From Corallochytrium limacisporum Hawaii (lineage: Eukaryota; Protista; Pluriformea), in contig PDIP01000070.1 of the NCBI GenBank assembly GCA_002811645.1, forward strand, positions 1-64,000: 64,000 nt of DNA, in the 5' to 3' direction. This document shows positions 23,313 through 36,234 of the stretch, piece by piece; positions within the stretch are counted from its first letter, which is position 1, and every line of letters starts with the position of its first letter. Under the pieces are notes generated by a model that did not search any database, was not told where the DNA came from, and saw only the letters and a list, made by a program, of their open reading frames with translations. Made by a program: the position numbers and the translations under genes.

Positions 23313-26300
23313 TCTGTTGTTCCACAGGAAGTATGTCTACAACAAGTGCCGTAACGGTAAGCGGGCCTCCATTCGAGGCAGGTTTCAAACGCCGTCTTGC
23401 CCATGAGCCACAGGGACTCATAATTTTTCCTTCCTTTCCAAGTTTTTCTTCTCCGCGAGTGAGCGAGAAGTTAGCATACTAACGCAGACGGCATTCTATT
23501 TTTTCTTAACATAGATCCTTCAATTGGGGCTTTGCGAATGCGGCAGCAAGAGCAACGCAAATGGAACGGAAGCTTCTACTTGGAGCGCAAGAAAAAAAGA
23601 AAAAAAATCGAAGCCTAGCAAGAAATGGAAAGAGACACTGGCTTCAACTGGGGCCCTACTCCCCTTCTTTTTATCTGACTTCTTTTTCCTCTTTCCCGTC
23701 CGTCGCCTCAAGCTCGAGAGGGTTTCAAATTTGTATCTCGGTCTCTCTATCCCTCCCCCGCATTCGCTTCAACTCCGATCTTTCGTTTCGTTCTGAATTT
23801 CTTTTTCCGCTCCCCCAGTGAATATACCCTACGATTTTGACTGCGCACGCAGAAGTGAAGAATTTTTTCCGATTTTTCTGTCCGTCGCTCCCGCCGCCCC
23901 TCTCTCTGTCGGATTTTTGCTCCCTCCATTCCAGGCCCTACTCCTCCACCCACTCGTACTCCGACCGCCTTCTTTCGCCGCTCTCGCACTTCAAAACCCC
24001 ACGACGTCCTGCTTGCTGGCCGTGCTTCTGTGTGTGTGGGCACCACGCGTCATCGTTCGCATTTCGTTCTCTCTCGGTCTGGCTCTCTTCCTGGAGGGGA
24101 AAAAAACTTGGCCATAACATTTTTTTCCCCTTCTTCTCACCTTTTTCTAAACCTAAAATGACATACTTCGGCACTCCATTTGATATTTTTTTTGGGGGAG
24201 GGGGAGCCGTGCCCGGCATTCGAATGAGATCCCCGTTGGAAAGGGCGAGGGCGAGAAAGATTTTTCTCTTTGAAAATTTCCTTCCGTTTCGGGTCGAAAA
24301 TTGGGCCGTTATAGAATGGGTCTGAGAGCGGGGGAAAAGGGGCACGGACCGCCAATGAGCCACTGTCCCTCATGTTACCGTGTCTCATTCTCGCGCTCCC
24401 AGACACTGCTCTCTCAGTGTTGGTGTCGCTGCCACTTCTCCGCATCCGTCTTGCGTCAATTTTTCTATCTCTGGATCATATTCTGGCTGTTTCATTTCCT
24501 TTGTGCTTGCTTGCTCCAGAAATATGGAATAAGGACAGAGCATGCCGCTGAGTTTTGGCGTGTGTGCAGCCGCCCCGAGGCATGCCCCAGAGGCTGGAAG
24601 AATGATAAGCTTCAGATGTTCTTGGCATGTTTCGCGATTGTCCACGAAATTTGGAGTCGCTTGGAAAGGCGGCCAGGCTACGGGGAACAGCGAATGGTGG
24701 AATATCAGCGTAACAGCAAAATTGGGGAAGCACAACATCGGCGAATTGCATCGACGATGTGGTTTGCGACCCAGAGGGTCCAACTATGAGAAATAGCCTG
24801 AGACTTGTGCACATGCTTGCTTCTTTTCTCCTGATATTCTCTCAGGTTACCTTTAGGGAAAGATGCTTGCTCCATTTGTAAGCTCTATGAACTCTTGTGG
24901 GGGCCTACCGGGCCCCACCTTAAAGCATGAGTCGAGGTATAATGTCCACACAACAACAAGTATGAATGGCGACACCACTTCGCACATCGCTACTTCTCAA
25001 AGATCGAAATGGTTTCCTATTGTCTAAACGTCTCTACGGGTTGCTTTGTTTCTGCTTGCACTTCGCCTATGAGTGTGCCAGAGTGGGAGAACAAAGTTCT
25101 ACGCGAATTAGTGAGAGAGGCTACGTAGAGAGATGGGTGGGTGCGTGTGTGAGCGTGTCAGTGCGTTTTTGATGCATTCTGCAACCCCCTCCTTGCGCTC
25201 ATGGTTCATTCCTAACGGTCCATGCCGACGAACCACCACCACCATCACATACACACTACTACTAACTGATACTACTACTTTGCTCCACATCTGCCAATTT
25301 TCACTGGTACTGTCTTGCTGGATATTTATCTTTCTCGTCTCTGTAAAATAAGAATCGCGAACAACAAAGAAATCCAAAAACACCATCAACGCAATGCACC
25401 ATCCACATCTAAAGCGCCCGCCAAGACCTTGACCGAGCATGTTCAGTTCAAGGCTAGTTTACTACTTCGTAAGATCTTCGGGGGTCGTGGGGAGTTACGA
25501 GGGCGCCCGCCTTCCATCCTCGGGGTGTATCTCCGTTTCGCCCTTCTGCTCCCAAATCGCGCGGACCTTTTATTTCAGATGGTTGGTCGATGTGGCTTCT
25601 GTTTGTATCTTTTTTTAATCGATGTGGTCTGTCGTATATTATTCTATTTTGGCCGTTCTAAACCTTGTCCCCCCCCCCTCCCCCCCCTCTTTTTTTTCTT
25701 TTATTGTGTTTGTCCGTCTTTCTTGCAGTGACGTTACTGCCAGGTTTGTTTCGCTTGCCTCTGTGCCGTAGTACGCGTGTGAGTCGAGTGTGGGTGTCGT
25801 GCACGGGTCTCGTCAAAACACTTGCGACCGTAGTCGATACGCCTTCTTTGTTACTTGCGATGGCGAATTCCCAAGACTGTCGACTGTGTGTGCCCTGCTA
25901 CTGTTTGCCGGCGGTACATTCTTTACCAACTTAGAGTGTCCTCTCCGTGCCCGATGGGAAGCTAGTACCGCCCTTAAGGCATGATGTAAATGCGCGAGTG
26001 ATTTGTATTTGTTGCTTTGTTTAGATCGAATGCGCAACTTTCTTGTACAAACTGTCTTGCCCGGCATAATCATTATTTCGTTGGGTATGAGGGGAGTGTA
26101 CAATGTATTGGAACCTGTTGCGGCAATGTGCTCAATGCGCCGGACCTTCTTGTTGGTGTCTAGTAGAGGAAAGAGTGTGTACTTATATATATTGACGGAC
26201 GTACAGATGATCTGTTAGTGCGTGCGTTCTCGTCTTTGATGGGCATGCCTCTGACGTTCATGATTCCGACAGAGCCTGATGAACATACAGAAGAACCGCC

Positions 26301-29300
26301 CCCAACTTCGGTCGTTACCTTTCGACATTTCCAACGAACCCCCTTGGAGATTTTAGCGCCATACAATTAGTATAGAACCTAGCTGTATGACACTGCTGTT
26401 CAGAGTCTGTCGAGGGAAAGGGAAGGGAATGATCAAGGCCGCATCTGATCGAGTTTGTGAGTATCTGTCAAGCAATTGAATGTCAGGCTGGCAGGAGGAA
26501 CACCCAAGAAACCCAAAAAAAAAAAGAAAACAACACAACAATAGGAGCAACAACAAGTCATTGTGTGGGTGATGTGTAGTTATAGGATGGGGGCGAGGGA
26601 CGATGCTGCATGTATTCACCAGGCATTTGTGACATCTCATCATCCTCCACCATCGGGGAGACCCTGCTGGGCCACTTTGACCACAAGAACATACCGCACA
26701 GCATAAATCGCAAAGACGCACACACGGACGTCGAGTAAACAAGGGAAACGCAGCTGTAAGGTCACGCCGTTGTGATCGGGAAAACACCAGAATTCAAGAT
26801 GAAATTGTTTGGGCTGAGGCACGCTGTGGCATACATAAAGGTTTTTTGCCATGAGGAGGAAAGTCTGGAGAAAATCTTGATGGGAGTTCAAGATTGCGCT
26901 CGATGAGATAGTGCGGCATGACTGGAAGGATGGAGGATGTCGCTAGAATTGTCAGAACTCCATGCGAGCTTCACAGAAGCAAGACCACAAGTGCGCCCTT
27001 GTTGTCTCTACGTGTGGCTGCGAATTGTACAGTCTCATGTGCTTCTCATTACCTCAAATCATCAGGATAGGAATCGCCACAGCCCTGTGCGTCCGAACAT
27101 GCAAGAGACAGAATAACGAGAATGGAGATGTGTATAGCATAGCGCATGGCGCTCGCGCTCATTTCTTTACCACGTAAACTAAGTAACTAGTAAACAACTC
27201 AGTGCACCGACGCTTTCGTGGGCTTGATCGCCCAGTTTACGCCTGCACAGTATGTTTCAGCATCTAGTCTTCTCGAGTAAAGCAACGAAAACATTTTCCC
27301 ACTTTTCCTTTTGCGAATATTGCTGTTTCTCTTTTGGACGCCGCGGGGGTTAACTTAACGGCGACTGCCTGGAAACTTAGCGGATGGTTAATGAGAAACA
27401 CGAAGTGGGAGATCGTAAAGGGATATCAACTTGAATGCTAATTGAGGGCGCATCTCTTGGGCATCACAACTAACCAAGTCGTAAGCAATTGACACAACTA
27501 ATGAGCATCCAGGGACGAATAGCGAAGTTCTGACTTTGCACTTTACTATGGCATGCTCCTTTCTGACTAACTCATAAATGCTAAAACTTCCCGCGCCTAT
27601 TTGTTATGTGATGAGATTTGCAGCCAGTTCTGAAGCGGAACACGTTTCACATCTCTCTTTGAAAATTAACTACGGTCTCTTAATGGTCCCGTTTTTACAT
27701 TGCGGATGGTGCCTTCGCTCTCACCGTTTCTCCGTTTAACTCTCAGCCCATCCCACTTTCTTTCCTTTCTGGGCATGATACCTTTCCATAGTAAACGTAG
27801 CACCCCTAAAGAAAACTGCCCTTTTGAGCAGTGCCAGAGCTGCTTTATTTGGCAAAGAGGGCCACCTGGCCCGCTGCTCCCCGTTCTCATTTCACCGTGA
27901 GTTACGTCGTCGGCCACAAACACCGCAGCCGTCTCCTTCATCATGCTCTCGCAATTTCTTGCTTCTTCCTGTTTGTCTTCCCTGTCAGTCCGTCTCGCTG
28001 TCGAGCGTCCAACGTCTACGCAACACGTCTACGCGCTTTTCTCGTGCCGCACAGTCTCGACTTTTCTCCGACCGGGAACTATTCTGTCCTACCCGCGTTG
28101 TTCTGCGCTGCCTTGTCGTGGCGGGTTCTTTGCATGTGGGCACCTTATAATTTGCCTCGTCCTCCGTTCCGCGCGTGCGTCTCGTTTTCCCTTGTTGTTT
28201 TTGTCTCTTCCTTTGTATGGTCCGCGCGCCCGTGCCCACTCGCACTGTAAAGCTCACTATTTTTCTCTTTCGGGTTCGAAAACCAAGAAAAATTCCGTTT
28301 TCGATATTCTCTCTCTCTCCCCCTCGTTCCTCTCCTCACCGGGTCCGCGGCAGAAGAGGAGGGGAGATTTTATCTTTTTTGTATGGTCGGCCTTCCCCCC
28401 CACCCAAAGTTTTAGAAAAGAATCGAGGGATTCCAAACGCACCAAGAAAACGCAGCGGCGTTTCAAAAGCTGCCAAACAGAGAGCATGCTGGGTGCTAAG
28501 GCTCCCTGCCTGGCTGCGTATACATAATGTATACATCTCGATGCACATGTTACAGACTGCTTTCTTTTTCTCTTCGGACTGTCTTTGAATGCATTTTTTT
28601 CTTCTCAAGAGTCAATCTCCGCGACGACGAGAAAGGCATGGACTTCCCTTAAGAGTTGGGCATTAGTCTTTTTGGGACCCGCATACCGATGCGTGCGGTA
28701 TATTTACTATGGACTTGGTTCCACGGTGAAGACGTTGCACAAAAATATAGAGACGGTTCAGACTGCGTACCCCGCCTTCGTATAACGACGTCAAAGGAAC
28801 ATATTTTTCGTCAGTGGACAAGATCAACGGTATCGTATTCTGAGATCTCTGTCGTTGTCAATTTGTTGAGGATCTCACAGTAAGCTTGGTGGCAGCTAAA
28901 TAACACTGGTAGGCACTTCCCAGGTTCCCTGGTTCGACGGGATGATTCTGTGAATCTGGGTGCGACTGGCTGCGCAACTTGTAACTGCTAAGTGTGATGA
29001 CGAAGAGGAGCGACCGAGCGAATCAATGACCGGACAGCGAACGACAATGGACGATGATGATGCTTGATCGCTGGGAAAGATGGTCATTGGAAGTAGCTAC
29101 GTATGAGTTTGGGAGCTGTTGAGAAACGCAGCACAATATTCTTGGTGGTGGATGTCTGTTGGGGTCTGCAGATACAACTACCCCAGGTGGGTCGCGATGT
29201 CTGCAGACATCTTCTTCGCATACGATGCAGCGATGAAATCGTGCTAGTTCCAAAGTCTTAACGTAGAAAATGCATTGTCGGCAAAAGACGACCTAAAGAG

Positions 29301-32300
29301 AAAGGTTAAAAACTGATTGTGCTTTTATCACTCCCCGGTGGACCTCTTCTCGTGGGGAACTAAGCCCTATGAATTACGCTTCCTGAGTCTGTCTCTGTCC
29401 TGAATTGCCATGACAAACTTGTTGGCTATATTTCTCGTATCTCCTGTGGGGTCAAGCATTGCAAGCCCTCAATCAATCAAGAAAACCATTACCATCATGA
29501 TGATGAAGACAACAACGATGATGATGAACCGCGTTTCGGTTGGTCTTGTGAATTGATGATGTCTGACATCCCACAGTAGATCTCTCTGTACAATGAACTT
29601 GTATTGGTTACTCTACAAAGTTCTTGCTGGGTGCGCCCATTGAAGTAACAATTCATTAGTTCAAGCGTAAGTGGGTATTCCATCCTACTGCATGCACAGA
29701 ACCAATGAAAGATTGGAAAAATGGAACGTTTGGGGTGAACGTGTGAGCATGTGCATGAATGGGGCCTTTAAGTTGTTGTCAGTTCCGCTGAAAAATGATA
29801 TGAACCCACCCAGCCTATTTCCACCAAGACAACCCGTCGGGCGTTGTCTTGGATTGAAAGTTTTTCGGACATCTACTGATCGACCGGGGTTTCGCCTAGA
29901 GCGCGGCAGAGCATTCGACCTCTGGTGCATGCCAAATTCACAGCTTATTACAAGGAGGTCCAGAGCAACCTTTTGCCGCATTAGTCATCGATGCGCCGTG
30001 TGCCTGTGTCTCTGATTTGGAACAGAGGAACGTGGACCCTGGCGGGGTTTGTCAAGGGTACGGTTCCCACCGAAACGCCGTCTTAGCCCGACGTTTTCAT
30101 TTAGCCTGCCGTCAAATACGGGGGCCTAGATGGGAACCTCGAACACTCTTGGGAGCTTGAGAAAGAGTCTAGCGATGCGTGACAATGCAAAATTATGTAG
30201 GTCCCTACTCTCTTTCCCGGACCGTTGCCAAGTCTTCACAACTGGAATCCGTGATAGCCTGACCGAACTTCACACACCCACACTTTGTTTCCCTGTAACG
30301 CCTACCTTTCTTCCCCACATTCGGGACCCTCATCTGATCAGCCTCGACAGACAAGACTCTACCAGACCGAGATCTTTCCTATGGAGAAGGTGCAGCTTGT
30401 CCACCAATCCCAGGCCCAAAACGGATCCCAGCCGTCCCCAAAAGGGCTGCCGTTGGTTTTTTTTTCGCTTGCGGCTGTGTCCGCGCCTGGATCTTTGGCC
30501 CACCCTTTCCGTTTGGTTGTTGCGCGGTGGTGTGGTTGTATGCGTATTGTACTACTTTTCGCAGGCACGGTCCCATTGCTGCCCACGGCTTTTTTTTTTC
30601 ACTCTCGCTCTTTCATTTTTTGCTGTATTTTTTCTTCTGTTTGTTTTTGTTCTTGTTCTCACTCCCTCTCCAGCTTTCGGAAGTCTTGAGTGTGGGTGTT
30701 TTTACGTACCTTCTCATTTTTTTCCGTTGGGTGGAGCCGTTGGAACCCTGCTGGCTCACCTGTCTCTTGCTCCGAAGAGGCCCGCACACGACAGACACAC
30801 ATCGCCAGTGAGAAAATAAAAGAAAAGGTGGACGAGAGAGATACGAAGAAGAAAGTACAAAGAAAAAGGTATAAAACAAAGTAGGCGGGGTTAGGCGTGC
30901 CCCGGAGTGTGGCTAAGTGGCTTTCTTGGTTGAATTCGCTCTCTCGTTCTCTCGTCGTCCTTCCTCTTTTTCTTTTAATCTTTGTGCGGTTGTGTGGCGT
31001 TTACAGTAGAAAGGGTTTGGGTTATATTGCAATGGGCGGGTCTGGTACAGTTGCGCGACAGAGGAAATTTCGTTGGCCCACTCTACCGCACAACCGTGGA
31101 GAAAATGCCCGAAGATAAAAGTGAAAAGTGTGGTTGGTTGGGTACAAATGTAAATGAAGGCTAGGAAAAGGAACGGGCGGTGACCGTGGAGCGAGAGTGT
31201 ATGGGCATGGGTGGGCCATGAATGGCTCTCGCTATGCGGTTGGGTGCGATGGACGATAAAGGTCGTGTGCGTTGGTGTCCGCGAGAAGTAGTTGTTTCCC
31301 AGGTCCCTTCGCGACCGGTCCGAGATTGGTTTACAAGGAATTCGTTCTGATGTTCCCTTATGCTGTAGTGCCGTAGGTTCGTGGCAAAGGAGTGCCAGAT
31401 GGTGCAGTGTATGGCTCATGTCTGTCTTCACTGTGCGGGCGTGTTCGTGTGATGTGGTATTGTGTGTACATTATCGACGCTTTTCTGTTGCATGCTATTA
31501 ATGAAAAATGATGTTTGCTTGTGCTGCATGCTCAAATGTACCTTGAAATTTCCAATACAAGCTCATGCATGTACATACGGGAACGTGATTGTCAACCCCT
31601 TGACCCCACACCACATGTAGCACATCACCACGAACCGACACCACCAACTTGTCCACGGGCAGCGCAGACCCTAAATTTTCTGTCAGTTTGGAGCCAACCT
31701 CGAAGTTGCTCATTATACAGTCTGGTTTGTCAAAAAGTTGCAAGCAGCCCATTCCGTCCGATGTTCAAAGAAACCGGAACGAAAGCGACTTCGCACAGAC
31801 ACGCTCTCGGAACGGACACAGCGTCTGAATATCCCCCCGCACGTACCCATTTCGTTCCAACAGTGGGCTTCGTTCCCGCCGCTCCATGAACATGGAAGGT
31901 TCGGCTGAGGTGATCGTGGACACTCCCAGTCCTGTGCAACCTTGGATGTGCTCCACTTATGTGCAGACTGCCAACTACGATGTCTGTTTGCGACCATACC
32001 CAGTGGACGATAGTCGAGTCCGTGACGGGTGATAGCGCGCACGATGAGGGCATGGATGTGTAACAAGTAGTCTATGTCTGCGTGCATCTGAGAGCCTGTA
32101 TGTAAGCGAATTGGATGTGTCCTACACACAGAGGCCAGCACCATCGCGCATCGCTCCTCCTCTTTGTTCTGACCTGACTCTCCCGAACGAATTTTGACAG
32201 CTGACAGATACCAAGTTTCGTAAAACAATGATACAGGGAATGGCTTCATTCTCAGAAAACCCAGAACGATGTGGGCAGAACGAAAAGCTTGGTTTTGGGT

Positions 32301-34612
32301 TTCGTTCGTTTTGCTCGGGCTCATGGCACATCGAGAAGCCAGTTCTTCCGGTCCGTTCCGTTCGTCTGAGGCGCACGAATACCGCAGATCACAAAGACGG
32401 CGGAGCAGAGCAACCGTGAGCTCGGGCTCCGATGTCGGATCTGCAGCTCTGCTGATGCTACATGTGTTGTCTCTGGTCTGTTGTCTAAGGCTGCGCAACT
32501 GCTGTGTGATTGATGCGGCCATAGGCAAAAGGGTATGGTCTCGGACCAATACGTGTCGCTCGGGGAGCTTTTCTCAGTTTCGGCACGAGTTTCAAAAGTA
32601 ACTGGGCCTGGCGGTCCTTTTGGGAGTTCCCGTGTTTCTTGGTTTTCTTTTTTCTTTTCTAGTATTGTTGGTTGTAGCAGGATGGACATCTTACCGAGTT
32701 AACAGCCCGGCCGAATGAAATCATGCTATTCAATAAAAAGTTGTGGGGGGTTTTTGGTAGCAAATAGGAACCAGCAACCTATTAATCGTTTACTACTAAC
32801 ATTCATACGAACGCAACACTTTTTTTAAAAAAATAACTAACGGGGCTAGGGGGGCTTGAGGGCTCGGGGGAGAGGAGGAGTGCGAGGAGGCCAGCTGGGG
32901 TGGAAGGGTTGGGGAGGGGGGGAGGAGACAGCGAGACCTTAAAGCGAAAAACCCGAAAGAAAATACCAACCCGCGCCCAGTCCCCGACCGCCGGGCCCCG
33001 GGTAAAGGGAAGGAGAGCGGGAGGGAAAAATTTGGGGAGGGGAGCAGGAGGGGGACCTGAGGGCGACCAAGGGAGCAGTGCTCCTCGGTTCCTCCTGCGG
33101 TGCGGCGCCCCGACCAGCCACCATCTGGGTTCGGAAGTTCTGAGCTACAAGACAGCCATGCAACGCGTGGCACAGAACTTCACGAACCCATAAGCCATCA
33201 TATATTAGTAAATTCTCCATTTACCTATCATTCCCATCCACTACGACGCCAAAACCATTTTGTATTCATCATCATGATCCACCATCCATCGTTCATCATC
33301 GTCATCATTATAGTCCCCACCACCTATCCATCCGCCTACGGGCATCTGACCTTTCCCGTTTACATTCATGCATTGCAATTCCACTCCACAATACGCAACG
33401 CAACGAACGACCGCAAATACCAATACAGCTTCGTTGCACAAACACCCTACGAACGGTTCTTCGTCTGCGGTGAGGTTCACGGCTTCGAGATGAACGGCGG
33501 ACGAGCGACAACATGTCCGCGTGTTGGCTACGCATGGCAGCGTATGGTGGGGTCTCTTTCTTTGTCGGAAGTTCTGACGCAGACGCTCACGCGCCGTGCA
33601 CAGACTCTGAGAGATAACGTGTACCGACGAGCAAGGAAAAGGTCCAGGAATCTGCAAGGAAAGCGTAAGGGAGCGCACGGACCATCATCGAGTATGTAGC
33701 CTCACCGAGCCAGCATCTCCTCTTCTGCTATGCTTTAGATGCACAGGCTCCGATGCCCGATGGGTACGTGCCGAGGCCTAAAGTAATCGGCACAAGAACT
33801 GTTGGTTAAGCCTTTGGGTGGTACGTTTACTACGCTTTAACCGATGGCGACTGCACACCAACTCCGTCCGGATCGCTGGCCAAGGAAGATGAGAGAGTGA
33901 CGTCTGACATGTTCACTCATGGATCACGTAGACAGAGAGTTTGTGTACGCGTCAAGAGACGATGTCCACAGCCAGCAGAGACAGCCACGAGAGCCTCATC
34001 CCGCAGTACGTCGGTGGTCGCTTGCTGCCTGCGTTTGGCATTTTAGCGTGATACCAGTGTAACATGTGGAAATGCCGTTTGTTGTATAGATTTGAAGGAA
34101 AGAAACATGCCATGTGTTGAAGTCGCATGTGCGGCGAAGGTCTCTCCGCCGGATAAGGTGGTACAGAACCCAACAGGAAGCCTTGCCACCATACAGCAAA
34201 TAGCACAGAATTTGACCGTGAGTTCAGAAATCATTTTTAGTTACAAGAACGCCAAGAGTTGAAACAGAATTGTTGTGCCGCAAACACAGCCACGTTGGCA
34301 GCAAACGATAATTTTTCATGACAAACCCCCGGCGGGGGGGGGGGGACGCAAGAGTAAATTACACAACAACTCAGACCAGAAGAACCACAGAGAAAGAAAA
34401 GAAAAAAAACACCAAAAAGAACCTGGCAAAACAAAAGTGACAAAGGCAAAAGGAAGTGGTAGCTTTGCAGGAGAGGAGGAGAGGAGGAGGGGGGGGGGAG
34501 GTTGGTTGGACGCAAAGTCAGAAAGGCACAGCGGCCAAAGACAGCAAGCTGGGCTGAAATGCTTCTAGTGTGAGGCACTAATGGTGGCGGCGTTATCACC
34601 ATGTGCCATCAA

Positions 34613-34633
34613 GGTTAGGTTAGGGTTAGGGGG
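34613..34633. repeat. Short telomere-like (TTAGGG) motif upstream of the aquaporin gene
   Basis: GGTTAGGTTAGGGTTAGGGGG. Confidence 0.7.
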
Positions 34634-35330
34634 AGGGACAGAGCGAGGCAGAACGAAGGGGGGGGGGGGGAAGGGAGGTTTTGTGTTGATTAAAAAAGGC
34701 CCCCGTTTCTTTTGCAAATGTACACACACACACACAGCCCTCCCGCCTGCATGCAGCAGGCCCCCTAGGAAACAATCTCCACTAACACCCCACCCCACCC
34801 CCCTCCCTCCCCCACTGTGGCTCAGTATAGGAAATTATCTAGGGTATTTCGCTGTCCCAGACGTAGGTGTTTGTACGCGAGGGGCGGGGAGCGTGCCGAG
34901 GCGATATACTCAGCGCTTGTCCGCTCGAGCGGTGCGCTGGTTTTCCAGTGTAATCGCCGCGGATATGGCCGGAATAAAGGGGGGGGGGCCAGTTGCGTCA
35001 AGCGGTGACACGCACAGAGTCGGGTTTGGGTAAGGAAAAATTTGAAAAAGAGGTACGATCCCAGGCCTGGGGCGTGTGCAGTGGCACAATCGAGTTCGCA
35101 CTGTTCACGGATTTTGAATTTGCTCAGCTGGAGCTCTCAGCTGAGTGTCCGTTTGGTCGGAGGTGTTTTTGTGGCTGGGTCGCGTGTTGGGAGCAATCAG
35201 TGATGGGGGACCGCGGATAGTGACGTGGAGGTGGAGTAGGTATACAAACAACATCGATTACTATGAAAATAACCTACCGTCTGTATGAATCCAATTATTC
35301 CCTGTTCTTTGTTAGAATTGACCGTACAAA

Positions 35331-36173
35331 ATGAGCGGAGTACGTCAGCGCAAACCGGCAGTAGGCAAGGCAGACCTGAAGACTGGCGCTGCTGGTCCTA
35401 CGGCGCCGTCTGGACCCAAGAAGCGTGCTGTTTCGCTGGCCACTTTTGTCGTGGAAGAGGCCATGTTGACCGCCATCTTGATGGCCGGCATTACTGGCAT
35501 GGACTATATTCAAGCGACACAGCCTGAGAACAAACTGCTGCATCTCATCTGCGGACTGTCTCTTCCTACGTTCACAGTCACCCTCGGTACCAAGATTATG
35601 AGTGGGGCAGTCTACAACCCCTCGGTGGCGTGGGCCATGTGGATTTTGGGCATTTTTGACTTTACGCAGCTTGTGGTGGGATCAATCGTGCACATGGTCA
35701 CTGCCGCTAGCGCGGGCTACGTGGCCAGGGAGTTCCTGACCGACAAGGCTTTCCGCAATCTTCTGCGGGGTCTGCAGTACAAGGGAGAACATGTGAGCTG
35801 GGAATTAGCACTGCGGAATGAAGCTACCGCCGCATTCGCCCTGCTTTTCTCTGCGGCTATTCTGGGCCAAGTTTTGGAGAAGCGTGGTGGCAAGGCCTTC
35901 GAACCGTTTTTCATTGCTGTCATTACCCTCATCGTGGTGGTGATGAACCCTCACTCTGGCCCTTCCATGAATCCCAGCATCCCAACTTTCTGGTCCTTCT
36001 TCCTGGAAGATTTCTCCTTTGAACTTCCTGTGTACTTCATTGGACCTTTGATTGGATCCACTGTGGCAGCACTTCTACTGCGAGGACTCATGGCACTGTC
36101 GGCGAAGGCCCAGCAGGCAGAAACCCCCGCTGCCGCGGCAAAGTCTCCCACTAAGGCAAAGAAGCGTGACTAA
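35331..36173 (+). CDS. Unorthodox aquaporin (MIP family; SIP/AQP11-12-like), 280 aa
   Basis: About six hydrophobic segments, SGAVYNPS and SGPSMNPS in place of the two NPA boxes, VYFIGPLIGS, and a C-terminal KKxx (KKRD). Confidence 0.85.
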   Translation: MSGVRQRKPAVGKADLKTGAAGPTAPSGPKKRAVSLATFVVEEAMLTAILMAGITGMDYIQATQPENKLLHLICGLSLPTFTVTLGTKIMSGAVYNPSVAWAMWILGIFDFTQLVVGSIVHMVTAASAGYVAREFLTDKAFRNLLRGLQYKGEHVSWELALRNEATAAFALLFSAAILGQVLEKRGGKAFEPFFIAVITLIVVVMNPHSGPSMNPSIPTFWSFFLEDFSFELPVYFIGPLIGSTVAALLLRGLMALSAKAQQAETPAAAAKSPTKAKKRD

Positions 36174-36234
36174 TTCAAATGTAAATAAACTCCTCTTAGG
36201 GACACACCAGATTTTAATGACACGGATGTAGAGT

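Noticed and set aside
28270-28950. GTTCGA T-loop-like motifs suggesting tRNAs (~28275, ~28932)
   Set aside because: No cloverleaf stems or A box could be built around them.
30130-33699. ORFs 30130-30819, 31713-32549 and 33100-33699 (199-278 aa) in the desert
   Set aside because: No recognisable motifs; their R/S/C/F-rich composition is unlike the real genes in the window.
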